A stretch of DNA of 64,000 bases from an uncultured Chloroflexia bacterium (GTDB taxonomy: Bacteria > Chloroflexota > Dehalococcoidia > DSTF01 > JALHUB01): contig OY969814.1 of NCBI GenBank assembly GCA_963703345.1, positions 1,248,001-1,312,000 of the forward strand, in the 5' to 3' direction. The translations under genes and the position numbers were made by a program. Below are positions 21,345 through 31,542 of this stretch, one piece after another (the stretch's first letter is position 1; each line of letters opens with the position of its first letter). The notes beneath the pieces are model-generated. The model was not told the DNA's origin, did no database searches, and was given only the letters and a program-made list of their open reading frames with translations.

Positions 21345-23808
21345 TTACGTGAGCGCCGGCTGAGAGACGCCCTTCAAGTTCAGGCCGTCGTCGCCGCAGT
21401 CGATAACAACCGTATCGCCCGGGCCGAACTGGCCTTCGAGAAGCGCTTCTGATAGCCGGTCCTCAACCTCGTTCTGAATGAGACGCCGCAGCGGCCGCGC
21501 GCCAAACGTCTCGTCGTAGCCCTTGTCGCCGAGCCATTCCTTCGCGGCGTCGGTGATCTCAAGCGTGATCCCCTTGAAGGAGAGCTGGATATCGACCTCG
21601 CGCAGCATCAGGTCGACGATGGCGCGGATGTGGTCGCGGGAGAGCGCGTGGAACACCACAGTGCTGTCGACGCGGTTCAGGAACTCCGGCCGGAACGTGT
21701 TCTTCAGCTCGTTGAGCACCTTCTCGCGCATCTTCTTATGGCGTTGCTCCAGCGTCTTCGCCTCTTCCGTCTTCGTCGAGAAGCCGAGCGCCGTCTCCTT
21801 GCGGATCAGGTCGGAGCCGACGTTGCTCGTCATGATCAGGATCGTGTTTCGGAAATCGACCTTGCGCCCCTTGGCGTCCGTCAGATGCCCGTCGTCGAAG
21901 ATCTGGAGGAGCATGTTGAAGACCTCTGGATGCGCCTTCTCGATCTCGTCCAGCAGCACCAGGCAGTACGACTTTCGCCGCACAGTGTCCGTGAGCTGTC
22001 CCGCGTCCTCGTAGCCGACGTAGCCGGGGGGTGCCCCGACCAGTCGCGACACGGTGTGGCGTTCCATGAACTCCGACATGTCGAGCTTTATCATCGCGTC
22101 TTCGCTGCCGAACATGAACTCCGACAGCACGCGCGCCAGGTGCGTCTTCCCCACGCCGGTCGGGCCGAGGAAGATGAACACGCCTATGGGGCGTCGCGGG
22201 TCCTTGAGGCCGGCCCGCGCCCGCCGCACGGCCTTCGCCACCGCCGTTATCGCCTCGTCCTGGCCGATGACGCGGTCGTGCAGGCTTTCCTCCATCTGGA
22301 GCAGCCGCGCCGACTCCTCGCTGGCGATGCGCGAGACGGGAATGCCCGTCCACATGCTGACCACTTCGGCGATGTCCTCTTCGTTCACGACCGGCTTTGT
22401 CAGCTCACGCTGGTTCTCCCAGCCCTCTTCCATGTCGTCGAGCTTTTCCTGGAGCTTCATCTCGCGGTCGCGAAGCTCGGCGGCGTACTCGTATTGCTGG
22501 GCCGAGATCGCTGCTTCCTTTTCGCGACGCAGGCTGTCCAGCCCGTGCATCGCCTCTCTGAGCGAGGGAGGCGCCGTCGCCCGCGTGATGCGGACGCGCG
22601 AGGCGGCCTCGTCGACCAGGTCGATCGCCTTATCGGGCAGGAAGCGGTCGGAGACGTAGCGCGAAGCGAGCTGGGCCGCCGCTCTTACCGCCTCTTCCGA
22701 GATGGTGAGCTTGTGGTGGTCTTCGTAGCGCTCCTTGATGCCCATGAGGATGTCGATCGTCTCGTTCGACGTTCGGCTCCTCGACGAGCACCGGCTGGAG
22801 GCGCCGCTCCAGCGCCGCGTCGCGCTCGATGTGCTTGCGGTAGTCGTCCAGCGTCGTCGCGCCGACGCACTGGAGCTCGCCGCGGGATAGCGACGGCTTC
22901 AGGATGTTCGCCGCGTCGACAGCGCCTTCGGCCGCGCCCGCGCCGACGAGCATGTGCATCTCGTCGATGAACAGGATGCAGTTGCCGGCCGCCTTTATCT
23001 CTTCGATAACCTTCTTCAGGCGCTCCTCGAACTCGCCGCGGTACTTTGTGCCGGCGACCAGCGAGCCGATGTCCAGCGTCAGGAGCCGCTTGCCCTGCAA
23101 CGTCTCCGGCACCTGTCCGGCGACGATGCGGTGCGCCAGCCCCTCGACGATTGCAGTCTTGCCGACGCCGGGCTCGCCGATGAGCACCGGGTTGTTCTTG
23201 GTGCGTCGCGACAGGATCTGGATGACGCGCTGGATCTCGCTGTGACGGCCGATGACCGGGTCGAGCTTGCCGGCCCGTGAGGCCGCCGTGAGGTCCATGC
23301 CGAGCTGATCGACAGTCGGAGTGCGCGTCGTGGGACGGCCTGCCGGCTGTGCGCCGGGCGGCGTTGTCTGCGAGAGGATGCGCGTCGTCTCCGCGCGCAC
23401 TCGCTCCAGGTTCACGCCCAGGCTCTCAAGAACGCCGGCCGCGATGCCTTCGCCCTCGCGGACGAGGCCCAGCAGCAGGTGCTCGGTGCCGATGTAATGA
23501 TGATTCAGCCGCCGTGCCTCATCGACTGCCAGCTCGATGACCTTCTTGGCCCGCGGCGTCAGGCCTATCTCGCCCATCGTCGTGCGCTCGCCGCGCCCGA
23601 TGATGAACTCGACTGCCGAGCGCACCTTGTTGAGCTCGATGCCAAGGTTGGCGAGCACTTTTGCGGCCACGCCGTCGCCCTCGCGTACCAAGCCCAGCAA
23701 GAGATGCTCAGTACCGATATAATTGTGATTGAACCGCTGAGCCTCTTCCTGGGCGAGTGTCAGCACACGTCGTGCGCGCTCTGTGAATTTGTCAAATCTT
23801 TCTGCCAT
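21345..23808 (-). CDS. clpC: ATP-dependent Clp protease ATP-binding subunit ClpC, split by a +1 frameshift near 22765
   Basis: Clp N repeats, Walker A motifs GEPGVGKT and [15 protein letters not shown]; two overlapping ORFs 22630-23808 and 21345-22745. Confidence 0.9.
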
Positions 23809-23893
23809 GCCAGTTTCCCTTGAATTCCCCTAGATCAACCTTAGCATACGGATCGAACCTAGTCTAGGGCCTCCATGGCAGCCGAACCTCTCC

Positions 23894-26008
23894 CTAAGCG
23901 TCCTCCTTGACAGATCCCTCTTCGCCGCTGACCGGCTCCTCGACATCGCTTTGCCCTTCCGTCTCGGCGTCGGCCTCGTCTTCGGCTGCTTCGGCTGCGA
24001 CGTCTTCGAGCGCCGGCTCTTCGACAGCCTCCGGCGCCTCAGCCGCCACCGCCTCAACGCTCTCCTCGGTCTCTTCCGTAGCCGCCTGCTCCTCCGCCGG
24101 CGTCTCTTCCTCTTCGGAGGCCGCTATCTCTTCCTCTGCCTTCTCTTCCATCTCGGCCGCCTCTTCGACGATGGCGGTCTCTTCGGCTACCGGCGCCTCG
24201 ACCTCGGCCGCAGCTTCGACGGTCTCTTCGGCTACCGGCGCCTCGGCCTCGGTTTCAGCCTCGACGGCCTCTTCGGCTACCGGCGCCTCGGCCTCGGTTT
24301 CAGCCTCGACGGCCTCTTCGGCTACCGGCGCCTCGGCCTCAGCTTCCGCTTCCGCTTCGACGGTCTCTTCGGCTACCGGCGCCTCGGCCTCGGTTTCAGC
24401 CTCGACGGCCTCTTCGGCTACCGGCGCCTCGGCCTCGGTTTCAGCCTCGACGGCCTCTTCGGCTACCGGCGCCTCGGCCTCGGCTTCCGCTTCGACGGCC
24501 TCTTCGGCTACCGGCGCCTCGGCCTCGGCTTCCGCTTCGACGGTCTCTTCGGCTACCGGCGCCTCGGCCTCGGCTTCCGCTTCGACGGCCTCCTCAGCTA
24601 CCGGCGCCTCGACCTCGGCCGCAGCCTCGACGGTCTCTTCGGCTACCGGCGCCTCGGCCTCGGCTTCCGCTTCGACGGCCTCTTCGGCTACGGGCGCCTC
24701 GGCTTCGGCTTCCGCCTCGACGGTCTCTTCGGCTACCGGCGCCTCGACCTCGGCTTCAGCCTCGACGGCCTCTTCGGCTACTGGCGCCTCGACCTTGGCT
24801 TCAGCCTCGACGGCCTCCTCCTCTTCCGTCTCCGCGCCTTCAGCCGCCGTCTTTGCCGCGCCCTTCTGCGCCACGCCTCCCGGCAGCCCGGTCACCCGAC
24901 CGTCCTTGTCGAAGACGAAGCCCATCTCCTCGGCCTCGTCGCGCGCCTGCCGCAGGCTCAACCCGAGTCGCTGCCGGTCGCGCTCGATGCGGACGATCTT
25001 CAGCGGTACCTGGTCGCCCTCTTTGACGACCTCCCGCGGGTGAGCGATCCGCCGGTTTACCAGCTCCGATACGTGCACCAGCCCTTCGACCGGGCCCTCG
25101 ATTCGGGCGAACGCGCCGAAGGTGACGAGCTTCGTTATGGTGCCGGTGACGATCTGGCCGACGCTATACTTATCGACAATCTCCTCCCATCTTTCAGGCT
25201 GCGCCCGTCGGATGCTCAGAGCTATTTTCTTCGCCTCCTGGTCGACCTTCATGACGTACACGTCGACCTCCTGGCCGACGCGGTACAGCTCCTCCGGCGT
25301 CTTGTCCCGCTCCCAGGACAGCTCCGACAGATGCGCCAGGCCATCCGCTCCCCCAAGGTCCACGAAAACGCCGAAGCTGCGGATGCTGCTTATCCGGCCC
25401 TTCCGCACTTCGCCCTCTTGCAGCTCCTCCAGCAGGCGGTCCTTCTGGAGCGCCCGCCAGTCCTGCATCGCCGCTCGCTCAGAGAGGATGACGCGGTTGC
25501 GGGCACGGTTAATCTCTATGACCTTGACTAGCAGCGTTCGCCCGACGACCGCTTCGGCCGGCGCGTCGGTCTCCTCACCCTCCGCCGGCGACTGGGCGCT
25601 GACGGACTGCGAGAAGGGGATGAAGCCGTGCACGCCTTCGACGTTGACGAGCAGGCCGCCCTTGTTGTGGCCGCCCACCTGCACCTCGAAGCTCTCGCCT
25701 TCCTCGAAACGTTGCTGGAGGATGCGCCATCCCTTTTCGCCGCGCGCCCGGTCGAGCGAGAGGAGCACCTGACCCTCCGGCGTCTCCGGCTGCATGACGT
25801 AGACAAGGATGCGGTCTCCGCTGGTGGGCCATTCCTCCATGTTCGGCCCCAGGGAATGCATCTCGCTGGGGGGGACGATGCCCTCTGACTTCGTCCCGAC
25901 GTCCACCACCATTCCGTCGCGGTCGGAGCCCACTACTACTCCCTCAAGAATATCGCCGCGCCGAAGACTCTTGTACTCCAGGGACTCTGCTTCTAACAGG
26001 GTTGCCAT
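23894..26008 (-). CDS. rpsA: 30S ribosomal protein S1 with long acidic repeat tail
   Basis: Four S1 domains (VDVGTKSEG, GFIPFSQ, FGVFVDLGGADGLAHLSELSW, FGAFARI...GLVHVSEL) followed by an E/A/P/V-rich tail. Confidence 0.9.
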   Translation of the reverse strand: MATLLEAESLEYKSLRRGDILEGVVVGSDRDGMVVDVGTKSEGIVPPSEMHSLGPNMEEWPTSGDRILVYVMQPETPEGQVLLSLDRARGEKGWRILQQRFEEGESFEVQVGGHNKGGLLVNVEGVHGFIPFSQSVSAQSPAEGEETDAPAEAVVGRTLLVKVIEINRARNRVILSERAAMQDWRALQKDRLLEELQEGEVRKGRISSIRSFGVFVDLGGADGLAHLSELSWERDKTPEELYRVGQEVDVYVMKVDQEAKKIALSIRRAQPERWEEIVDKYSVGQIVTGTITKLVTFGAFARIEGPVEGLVHVSELVNRRIAHPREVVKEGDQVPLKIVRIERDRQRLGLSLRQARDEAEEMGFVFDKDGRVTGLPGGVAQKGAAKTAAEGAETEEEEAVEAEAKVEAPVAEEAVEAEAEVEAPVAEETVEAEAEAEAPVAEEAVEAEAEAEAPVAEETVEAAAEVEAPVAEEAVEAEAEAEAPVAEETVEAEAEAEAPVAEEAVEAEAEAEAPVAEEAVEAETEAEAPVAEEAVEAETEAEAPVAEETVEAEAEAEAEAPVAEEAVEAETEAEAPVAEEAVEAETEAEAPVAEETVEAAAEVEAPVAEETAIVEEAAEMEEKAEEEIAASEEEETPAEEQAATEETEESVEAVAAEAPEAVEEPALEDVAAEAAEDEADAETEGQSDVEEPVSGEEGSVKEDA
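24178..24813 (-). repeat. coding tandem repeat, about 14 x 45 bp (AVEAEAEAEAPVAEE)
   Basis: Unit ctcttcggctaccggcgcctcggcctcgg... repeated; 14 APVAEE motifs counted in the translation. Confidence 0.95.
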
Positions 26009-26203
26009 GTCCTGGTAACCCTCACTTGTGGGGCCTGTAGGATCAGGCGACGGATCGTTAGACAAGTCGCTCGGGCCTCCTAATTCAGCGGCAAGGCAAC
26101 ACGACGATCCGCATTCATCGCAGAATGAAGGACCTCGCGGAGCCCCGCCTGTTTGGCCCATTGTAGCACAGGGGATTACATACGGAAAGGCGACGATGAC
26201 CTG

Positions 26204-26863
26204 CTATCCCTCGCGGCGCTCCGGCGGCCAGCCTTGCGTCTCGGCCAGACCGCGCGCTTCCAGGTGACAGGTGTCGTTCATATGGACGACGATCATCCGC
26301 CCGCCGCGCACGTCGAGCAGGCTCGTCGCGGCCAGGTCGTGACGCAGGCGACGGAAATCGCAGATCGACATGTTGAGGGCTTCGCAAAGCAGGGCATGGA
26401 TGACGAAGTTGTGTGTGACCGCGACGACCGTTTCGCCGTCGTGGCGGTCGCAGATCCGCCGCGTCGCCTCTCGGGCCCGGTCCTGCACGTCCTGAAGGCT
26501 TTCGCCGCCGCCCGGCATGCGCAGGGTTCCCGCCTCGTCGCCCAGCCAACGGGACACGAACTCCGGGTTGCGTTCCCGCATCTCGCGGAACGTCAGGCCA
26601 TCCAGCTCGCCGACGTCCATTTCCGTCAGACCCTCATCGGGGACGACTTCGAGGCCGTGGGGCGCCGCAATTGCCGCAGCCGTCTCGAAGGCGCGACGCA
26701 ACGGGCTGGAGTAGACGGCCGCGATCTCCTCGCCGGCCAGGGCCTCGGCCAGGGCCTGCGCCTGCAGCCGCCCCTTTTCCGTGAGCGGCACGTCCTGCCG
26801 TCCCAGGCCGAGCCCCGCGCGATTGCTTGCCGTCTCGCCGTGTCTGGCTAGAATCAGACGCAT
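26204..26863 (-). CDS. histidine phosphatase family protein (GpmB/CobC-like)
   Basis: RHGET, SSPLRRA, GGESL and VTH motifs. Confidence 0.9.
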   Translation of the reverse strand: MRLILARHGETASNRAGLGLGRQDVPLTEKGRLQAQALAEALAGEEIAAVYSSPLRRAFETAAAIAAPHGLEVVPDEGLTEMDVGELDGLTFREMRERNPEFVSRWLGDEAGTLRMPGGGESLQDVQDRAREATRRICDRHDGETVVAVTHNFVIHALLCEALNMSICDFRRLRHDLAATSLLDVRGGRMIVVHMNDTCHLEARGLAETQGWPPERREG

Positions 26864-27402
26864 TGTCGCTCAACCAGAAAGAATTCCGCCCGAGGAGGAG
26901 AGTCGCGGAACAGGGCCACATAGATTGCGAGAAAGCGAGAGCCCTTCGGCAGGCAGAGGTTCGCGACTATTCGATCGGCGTCCCCCGCCGTGTTTGCTAT
27001 GGCCCGCACCAAGTCCACGACGAGATAGGTGGGCACCCCATACCGCTTCCTGCAGTGTGCTTCGATCGTCTGTTGGGCGTTGCGAACGAGCGCCGCTGTC
27101 GGGTTAACTAGAACCGGTGCCAACCCCAGCCTTTCTCCGATATCTTCACCGGGCCGAACGTAGCGGGCAGATAGTTCGGGCTTCCCGCGGAGGGGTGTCC
27201 AAGTATTGCGGGCTTCGTCGGCTGAGTAATCGGCGCTCGTCACCTCGATTCCGATGTGGTGGCCTCTCGAATCGTGGCAAGTCGCGTCAGGCGCTTCACT
27301 CGCTTTGGGGATTCCGTAGTCCGTGCCGTATCGCTCGTTCAAGAAGCGAACGAACTCACCGGCCAACGCCAACTCAAGTTCCTTCGCGACAGCATCAGCC
27401 AT
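26854..27402 (-). CDS. hypothetical protein, possible PD-(D/E)XK-fold
   Basis: 182-aa ORF packed between operon genes; EAPD...IGIEVT pattern. Confidence 0.5.
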   Translation of the reverse strand: MADAVAKELELALAGEFVRFLNERYGTDYGIPKASEAPDATCHDSRGHHIGIEVTSADYSADEARNTWTPLRGKPELSARYVRPGEDIGERLGLAPVLVNPTAALVRNAQQTIEAHCRKRYGVPTYLVVDLVRAIANTAGDADRIVANLCLPKGSRFLAIYVALFRDSPPRAEFFLVERQCV

Positions 27403-27406
27403 TTCG

Positions 27407-28099
27407 CTAGACGAACCTTCCGTGACGCCGCCAGGCCTCGTGCGCCGGCGAGGTCTCCGCCAGCACCAGCTTGCGCCGATGCAGCCGCGTCGGCTCCGGC
27501 AGCCCCATCGCCGCTATCACCTGCTCCGGCCGGCCCGCTCCGCCGCTGTCGGCGCGCAGCCGCATGGCGACGATCGCCGCTCCGTTGTTTCGCTGCTCGA
27601 GCCACATCTCCTGCACCAGCGCCCGAACGTCGTAGCGCCGGACCTCCTTATCGCGGAGTTGCTCCCACGGCAGGCTCTCCGCCGCCAGGAAGCGCTCGAC
27701 GGCCTGGCGCGCGCCCTCCTCCGCCAGCGACGCCGGCAGCGACGCCTCGTACTCGGCGGCCCGCAGCTCGGATTGCAGAGACGGCCCGCGCAGCCCGACC
27801 TCCTGCACGTCCAGCAGCTCGATTCCCGCCGGCAACTGGCGACCGACCTCTCGCAGGAACTCCAGCGGCGTCAGGCGCGTTGCCAGGAACACGTCGATAA
27901 GCTCGCCAGCGCTCGTCACGCCGACGGCCAGCGGCGCCGCCAGCGATAGCTGCGCATGGGGGGTAAACCCCTCGGAGTAGGCGACTTCGACCTTCGCCCG
28001 CCTGAGCGCCCGCTCCCAGAGGCGCATCAAATCAAGATGGGTGATGAACTTCACCTCATCGCCTCGGGAAAAGCGGACGCGAAGACGTTGTATCTTCAT
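27407..28099 (-). CDS. radical SAM-linked protein (TIGR03936/DUF2344 family)
   Basis: KFITHLDLMRLWERALRRA...YSEGFTPH...PLAVG motif. Confidence 0.9.
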   Translation of the reverse strand: MKIQRLRVRFSRGDEVKFITHLDLMRLWERALRRAKVEVAYSEGFTPHAQLSLAAPLAVGVTSAGELIDVFLATRLTPLEFLREVGRQLPAGIELLDVQEVGLRGPSLQSELRAAEYEASLPASLAEEGARQAVERFLAAESLPWEQLRDKEVRRYDVRALVQEMWLEQRNNGAAIVAMRLRADSGGAGRPEQVIAAMGLPEPTRLHRRKLVLAETSPAHEAWRRHGRFV

Positions 28100-28101
28100 C
28101 G

Positions 28102-29397
28102 CTACTTCTTCGTCACCAGGACGCGCTCGATCTTCCTGCCCTGCATCTCCGCGACGACCATTCGAAAGCCGTCCTCCTCCACCTGCTCGCCTTCCTTTGG
28201 AATGTGCCCCAGCCGGTCGAGGACGAAGCCGGCCACGGTCTCGTAACGGCCCTCCGGAATCTGGAGGCCCAGCTCCTCGTTGGCGTCCCAGACGCTCATG
28301 CCGCCGTCCACCGACGCCGTGTGCTCGTCGATAGGCTGGAACTCCTTCGCCGTGCCCGCTTCCTCTTCCGCCACAGGGCCCACCATCTCCTCCAGTAGCA
28401 GCTCGATGGTCACGATTCCCGCCGTGCCGCCGTACTCGTCGACGACGATCGCCATGTGCTGGTTCTGCGTCTGCATCTCGCGGAAGAGCGCGCCGACCGG
28501 TTTCGTCTCCGGCACGAAGTACGTCGGTCGCATGCAGCTTTCGATGGAGCTGTCGCGCTCCAGCTCGCCGCGGGCAACGCTGCGGAGGACGTCCTTTATC
28601 GCGACGACGCCGATCACGTTGTCGACGCTCTCCCGATAGACAGGATAGCGCGAATGTCCGGTCTCCTCGAAGACGCGGTAGAAATCGCCGACCGTCGATT
28701 CCGTCTCCAGCCAGATGACTTCTGTTCGCGGTACCATTATCTCCTGCACCTGGCGGTCGCGGAACTGGAAGACGTTCTCCAGCAGCTCGCCCGTCTGCTC
28801 GCCGAGCACGCGCTCCACCGTGCCGATGTCGATAAGCATGCGCAACTCTGCCTCTGTGACCGTAGGCGTCGGTCCCGGCGCCGACCCGAAAAGCAGGCGC
28901 TGGAAGCCGCGCGGGATCGCGGCAAGGACCATCATGAGCGGATTGACGACGCGCACCAGCGTTTCCACCGGCCGCGCGACCAACAGCGCGTAGCCCTCGC
29001 CAGACTGCGCGGCAAGGACCTTCGGTGTGAACTCGCCGAGGAGCGCCAGCAGCAGGGTTGTGATTAGCGTGCCGAAGATCAGGCCCAGATTGCCAATTGC
29101 CTCGACGGAGAGAACGCTGGCCATGGCCGCAGCCATCACCACGAACAGGTTCTGAAGCAGCACGACGCCGGCGAAGAAGCGGTCGCGGTTGGCGCGAATC
29201 CGCTCGATGGCCTGCGCCCGGCGGTCGCCCGATTCCGCGAGGTGACGCACGCGAATGCGGTCGGCGGCGACGATCGCTATCTCGATGCTGTTTACGAGCG
29301 CGTACAGAACGACGCTAACGACAAGGATGACGACAATGAGGGGAGTGCTGAGGCCGCTTGCCCCAAGCCCATCCTGCGCGGCAAGAGGTGAAACCAT
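28102..29397 (-). CDS. hemolysin/CNNM family protein (DUF21 + CBS + CorC_HlyC)
   Basis: GEFTPK, IMVPRTEV, HSRYPVY, VVDEYGGTAG and YETVAGFVL motifs; start could be 29448. Confidence 0.9.
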   Translation of the reverse strand: MVSPLAAQDGLGASGLSTPLIVVILVVSVVLYALVNSIEIAIVAADRIRVRHLAESGDRRAQAIERIRANRDRFFAGVVLLQNLFVVMAAAMASVLSVEAIGNLGLIFGTLITTLLLALLGEFTPKVLAAQSGEGYALLVARPVETLVRVVNPLMMVLAAIPRGFQRLLFGSAPGPTPTVTEAELRMLIDIGTVERVLGEQTGELLENVFQFRDRQVQEIMVPRTEVIWLETESTVGDFYRVFEETGHSRYPVYRESVDNVIGVVAIKDVLRSVARGELERDSSIESCMRPTYFVPETKPVGALFREMQTQNQHMAIVVDEYGGTAGIVTIELLLEEMVGPVAEEEAGTAKEFQPIDEHTASVDGGMSVWDANEELGLQIPEGRYETVAGFVLDRLGHIPKEGEQVEEDGFRMVVAEMQGRKIERVLVTKK

Positions 29398-29643
29398 ATA
29401 GATCAACTCGGTGCCTCTTCGCACAAGCGGAGAACCGGCACCGGGCATTCAAATCATAGCAATTGCCGTCCCGCCTGTCAAAAACGGAAGCGCAAGCACG
29501 TTGGGCATGCAGAAAACGGCTGGAAACCAGGTCTAGCGCTTTCCCCATCAGCGGGCCCGTGCTGCTACGCCTCAGGAAGGTCTCCGGGAATTGGTTCGCA
29601 ATGCCTCAAAAGGCTATAATAGACATAGCAAAAAGGAGGAGAC

Positions 29644-31173
29644 ATGAGAACCAAAGAAGAGTACATCAGGGGACTGGGCAAGATGCGGCGGAACATCTAC
29701 TACAACGGTGAACTCATCGACCGCACCGACGAGCGGCAGATGGCCTGCCTCGACACCATCGGGACTACCTTCGATGAAGCGGCCAGGCCCGAGAACGAGG
29801 ACTTGTGCACGGCCATCTCCCATCTCACGGGACAGCGGATCAACCGCTTCACTCACATTCACCAGAACACCGACGACCTGCACAAGAAGCAGGATATGAC
29901 TCGCATGCTCTGCCAAAAGGTCGGCGGCTGCATCCAGCGCTGCATGGGCATCGACGCCACAAACGCGATCTACAACGTCTCCTACGAAGCCGACAAATCG
30001 AACAACGGCGCCACCCAGTACCACGAGAACTTCAAGAACTGGCTCGCCCGCTTCCAGACGGAGGACCTCGTCGGCTGTTGCGCGCAAACCGACGTGAAGG
30101 GCGACCGCTTGCTGCGGCCGGCCGAGCAGCCCGACCCCGACGCGTACGTCCACATCAAGGAGCGCCGGCCGGATGGCATCGTCGTCAGTGGCTGCAAGGT
30201 CCACATCTCCGAAGCCTCGGTTGCCGACGAGATATTGGTGGTCCCTACCAGGGCCCTGCGTGAAGAGGACAAGGACTACGCCGTCGCCTTCGCCGTCCCG
30301 GGTGACTGGGAAGGCGTGAAGCAGGTGGTCACGATCCACAACCTCCGAGAGAGAGAGTTCTACCCGCGCGGATTCATGCCGGGCTCCACCGACTCGTACG
30401 TGATCTTCGACAATTGCTTCGTGCCCTGGGAACGCGTCTTCCTCGCCGGCGAATGGCAGCATGGGGGAGTCCTGGCGCTCCTCTTCGCGTTGTTCCACCG
30501 CCACTCCTATTCGGGCTGCAAGCCGGCGATTGGCGATGTGATTCTCGGCGGGGCGGCTCTCGCTGCTGAAATGAACAACATCCAGAAAGCGCCGCACGTA
30601 CGGGAGAAGCTTGCGGAGATCATCATGACCACGGAGCTAGGGTACGCCGCCGGCTACACGGCCTCGGACCTCGGCAAGCCGGAGGTCTACATCCCCGGCG
30701 TCGGCTTCATGCCTTACGGACCCGGCTCCTACATCCCCAACTCGATCTACTGCAACGTCGGTCGTTGTCTCACCGGTGAGGCGGTTTATCGGGAAGCAGA
30801 GATCCTCTGCGACATCTCCGGCGGCGTCACGGCGACTTTCCCGTACGAGAGGGACTTCGCAAATCCGGAGATCGGCGGCCTCCTGCGCAAGTACACGAAG
30901 CGCAGCCCTAAGGCCGACGTCGAGGACCAGGCGCAGTTCTGGCGCTTCCTGGGCGATGGGCTTTGCTCCGCAGCGGGCGGAATCCACAACATCGGCTCCT
31001 ACCACGGTGGCGGCTCGCCGATCATGGAGCAGATCGCCATCACCACGCAGTACGACATCGAGGCACGGAAGAAGCTGGTGAGGTTCATCGCTGGAATGGG
31101 CGGCGGGGACCGTGAAGCGCTGGCCAAGAAGACCACCCGGCACCGCGCTAAGGAGGCTGTGTCCGTCAAATAG
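29644..31173 (+). CDS. 4-hydroxybutyryl-CoA dehydratase / 4-hydroxyphenylacetate 3-hydroxylase family protein
   Basis: INRFTH, CIQRCMG (Fe-S cysteines), TDVKGDR, FDNCFVPWERVF, HRHSYSGCK and HGGGSP motifs. Confidence 0.85.
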   Translation: MRTKEEYIRGLGKMRRNIYYNGELIDRTDERQMACLDTIGTTFDEAARPENEDLCTAISHLTGQRINRFTHIHQNTDDLHKKQDMTRMLCQKVGGCIQRCMGIDATNAIYNVSYEADKSNNGATQYHENFKNWLARFQTEDLVGCCAQTDVKGDRLLRPAEQPDPDAYVHIKERRPDGIVVSGCKVHISEASVADEILVVPTRALREEDKDYAVAFAVPGDWEGVKQVVTIHNLREREFYPRGFMPGSTDSYVIFDNCFVPWERVFLAGEWQHGGVLALLFALFHRHSYSGCKPAIGDVILGGAALAAEMNNIQKAPHVREKLAEIIMTTELGYAAGYTASDLGKPEVYIPGVGFMPYGPGSYIPNSIYCNVGRCLTGEAVYREAEILCDISGGVTATFPYERDFANPEIGGLLRKYTKRSPKADVEDQAQFWRFLGDGLCSAAGGIHNIGSYHGGGSPIMEQIAITTQYDIEARKKLVRFIAGMGGGDREALAKKTTRHRAKEAVSVK

Positions 31174-31218
31174 TAGTTACGGAGAGACGAGATAGCCGAC
31201 CGCGCCAAGAACGAGGCC

Positions 31219-31461
31219 ATGGGCCGATTTCATAGCCGGCCGGGCGTGGCATTGGGAGCGCCGATGGCCGGACTTGATCCCTTAGTTGAGGAAGTGCTGG
31301 TCGCGGCTCTAGCGGTGAGCGCTCTAATAGCGTTGATCGCTGTGCTCTACTGGCTGTCTACGGGCCTCTCCCCGTGGCCTTTCGTCATCCTGGCGGCTAT
31401 AGCCGGCTTCGCGCCGGGCATCGCAATCCTCTCGATTTCCTCACCGCGACATCGCGGGTGA
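31219..31461 (+). CDS. small membrane protein
   Basis: Two hydrophobic segments; start uncertain. Confidence 0.45.
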   Translation: MGRFHSRPGVALGAPMAGLDPLVEEVLVAALAVSALIALIAVLYWLSTGLSPWPFVILAAIAGFAPGIAILSISSPRHRG

Positions 31462-31542
31462 CGGCTGCTCCGAATAATGCCCTCGGGCTGAAGTTCGCGC
31501 CGTCTCCACCGAGCTGAGGGCGGAGTTGAGGGGTCAGCAGAG

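Noticed and set aside
23907-25531. Long + strand Ser/Ala-rich and FGYRRLGL-repeat ORFs
   Set aside because: Antisense readings of the stop-free rpsA minisatellite.
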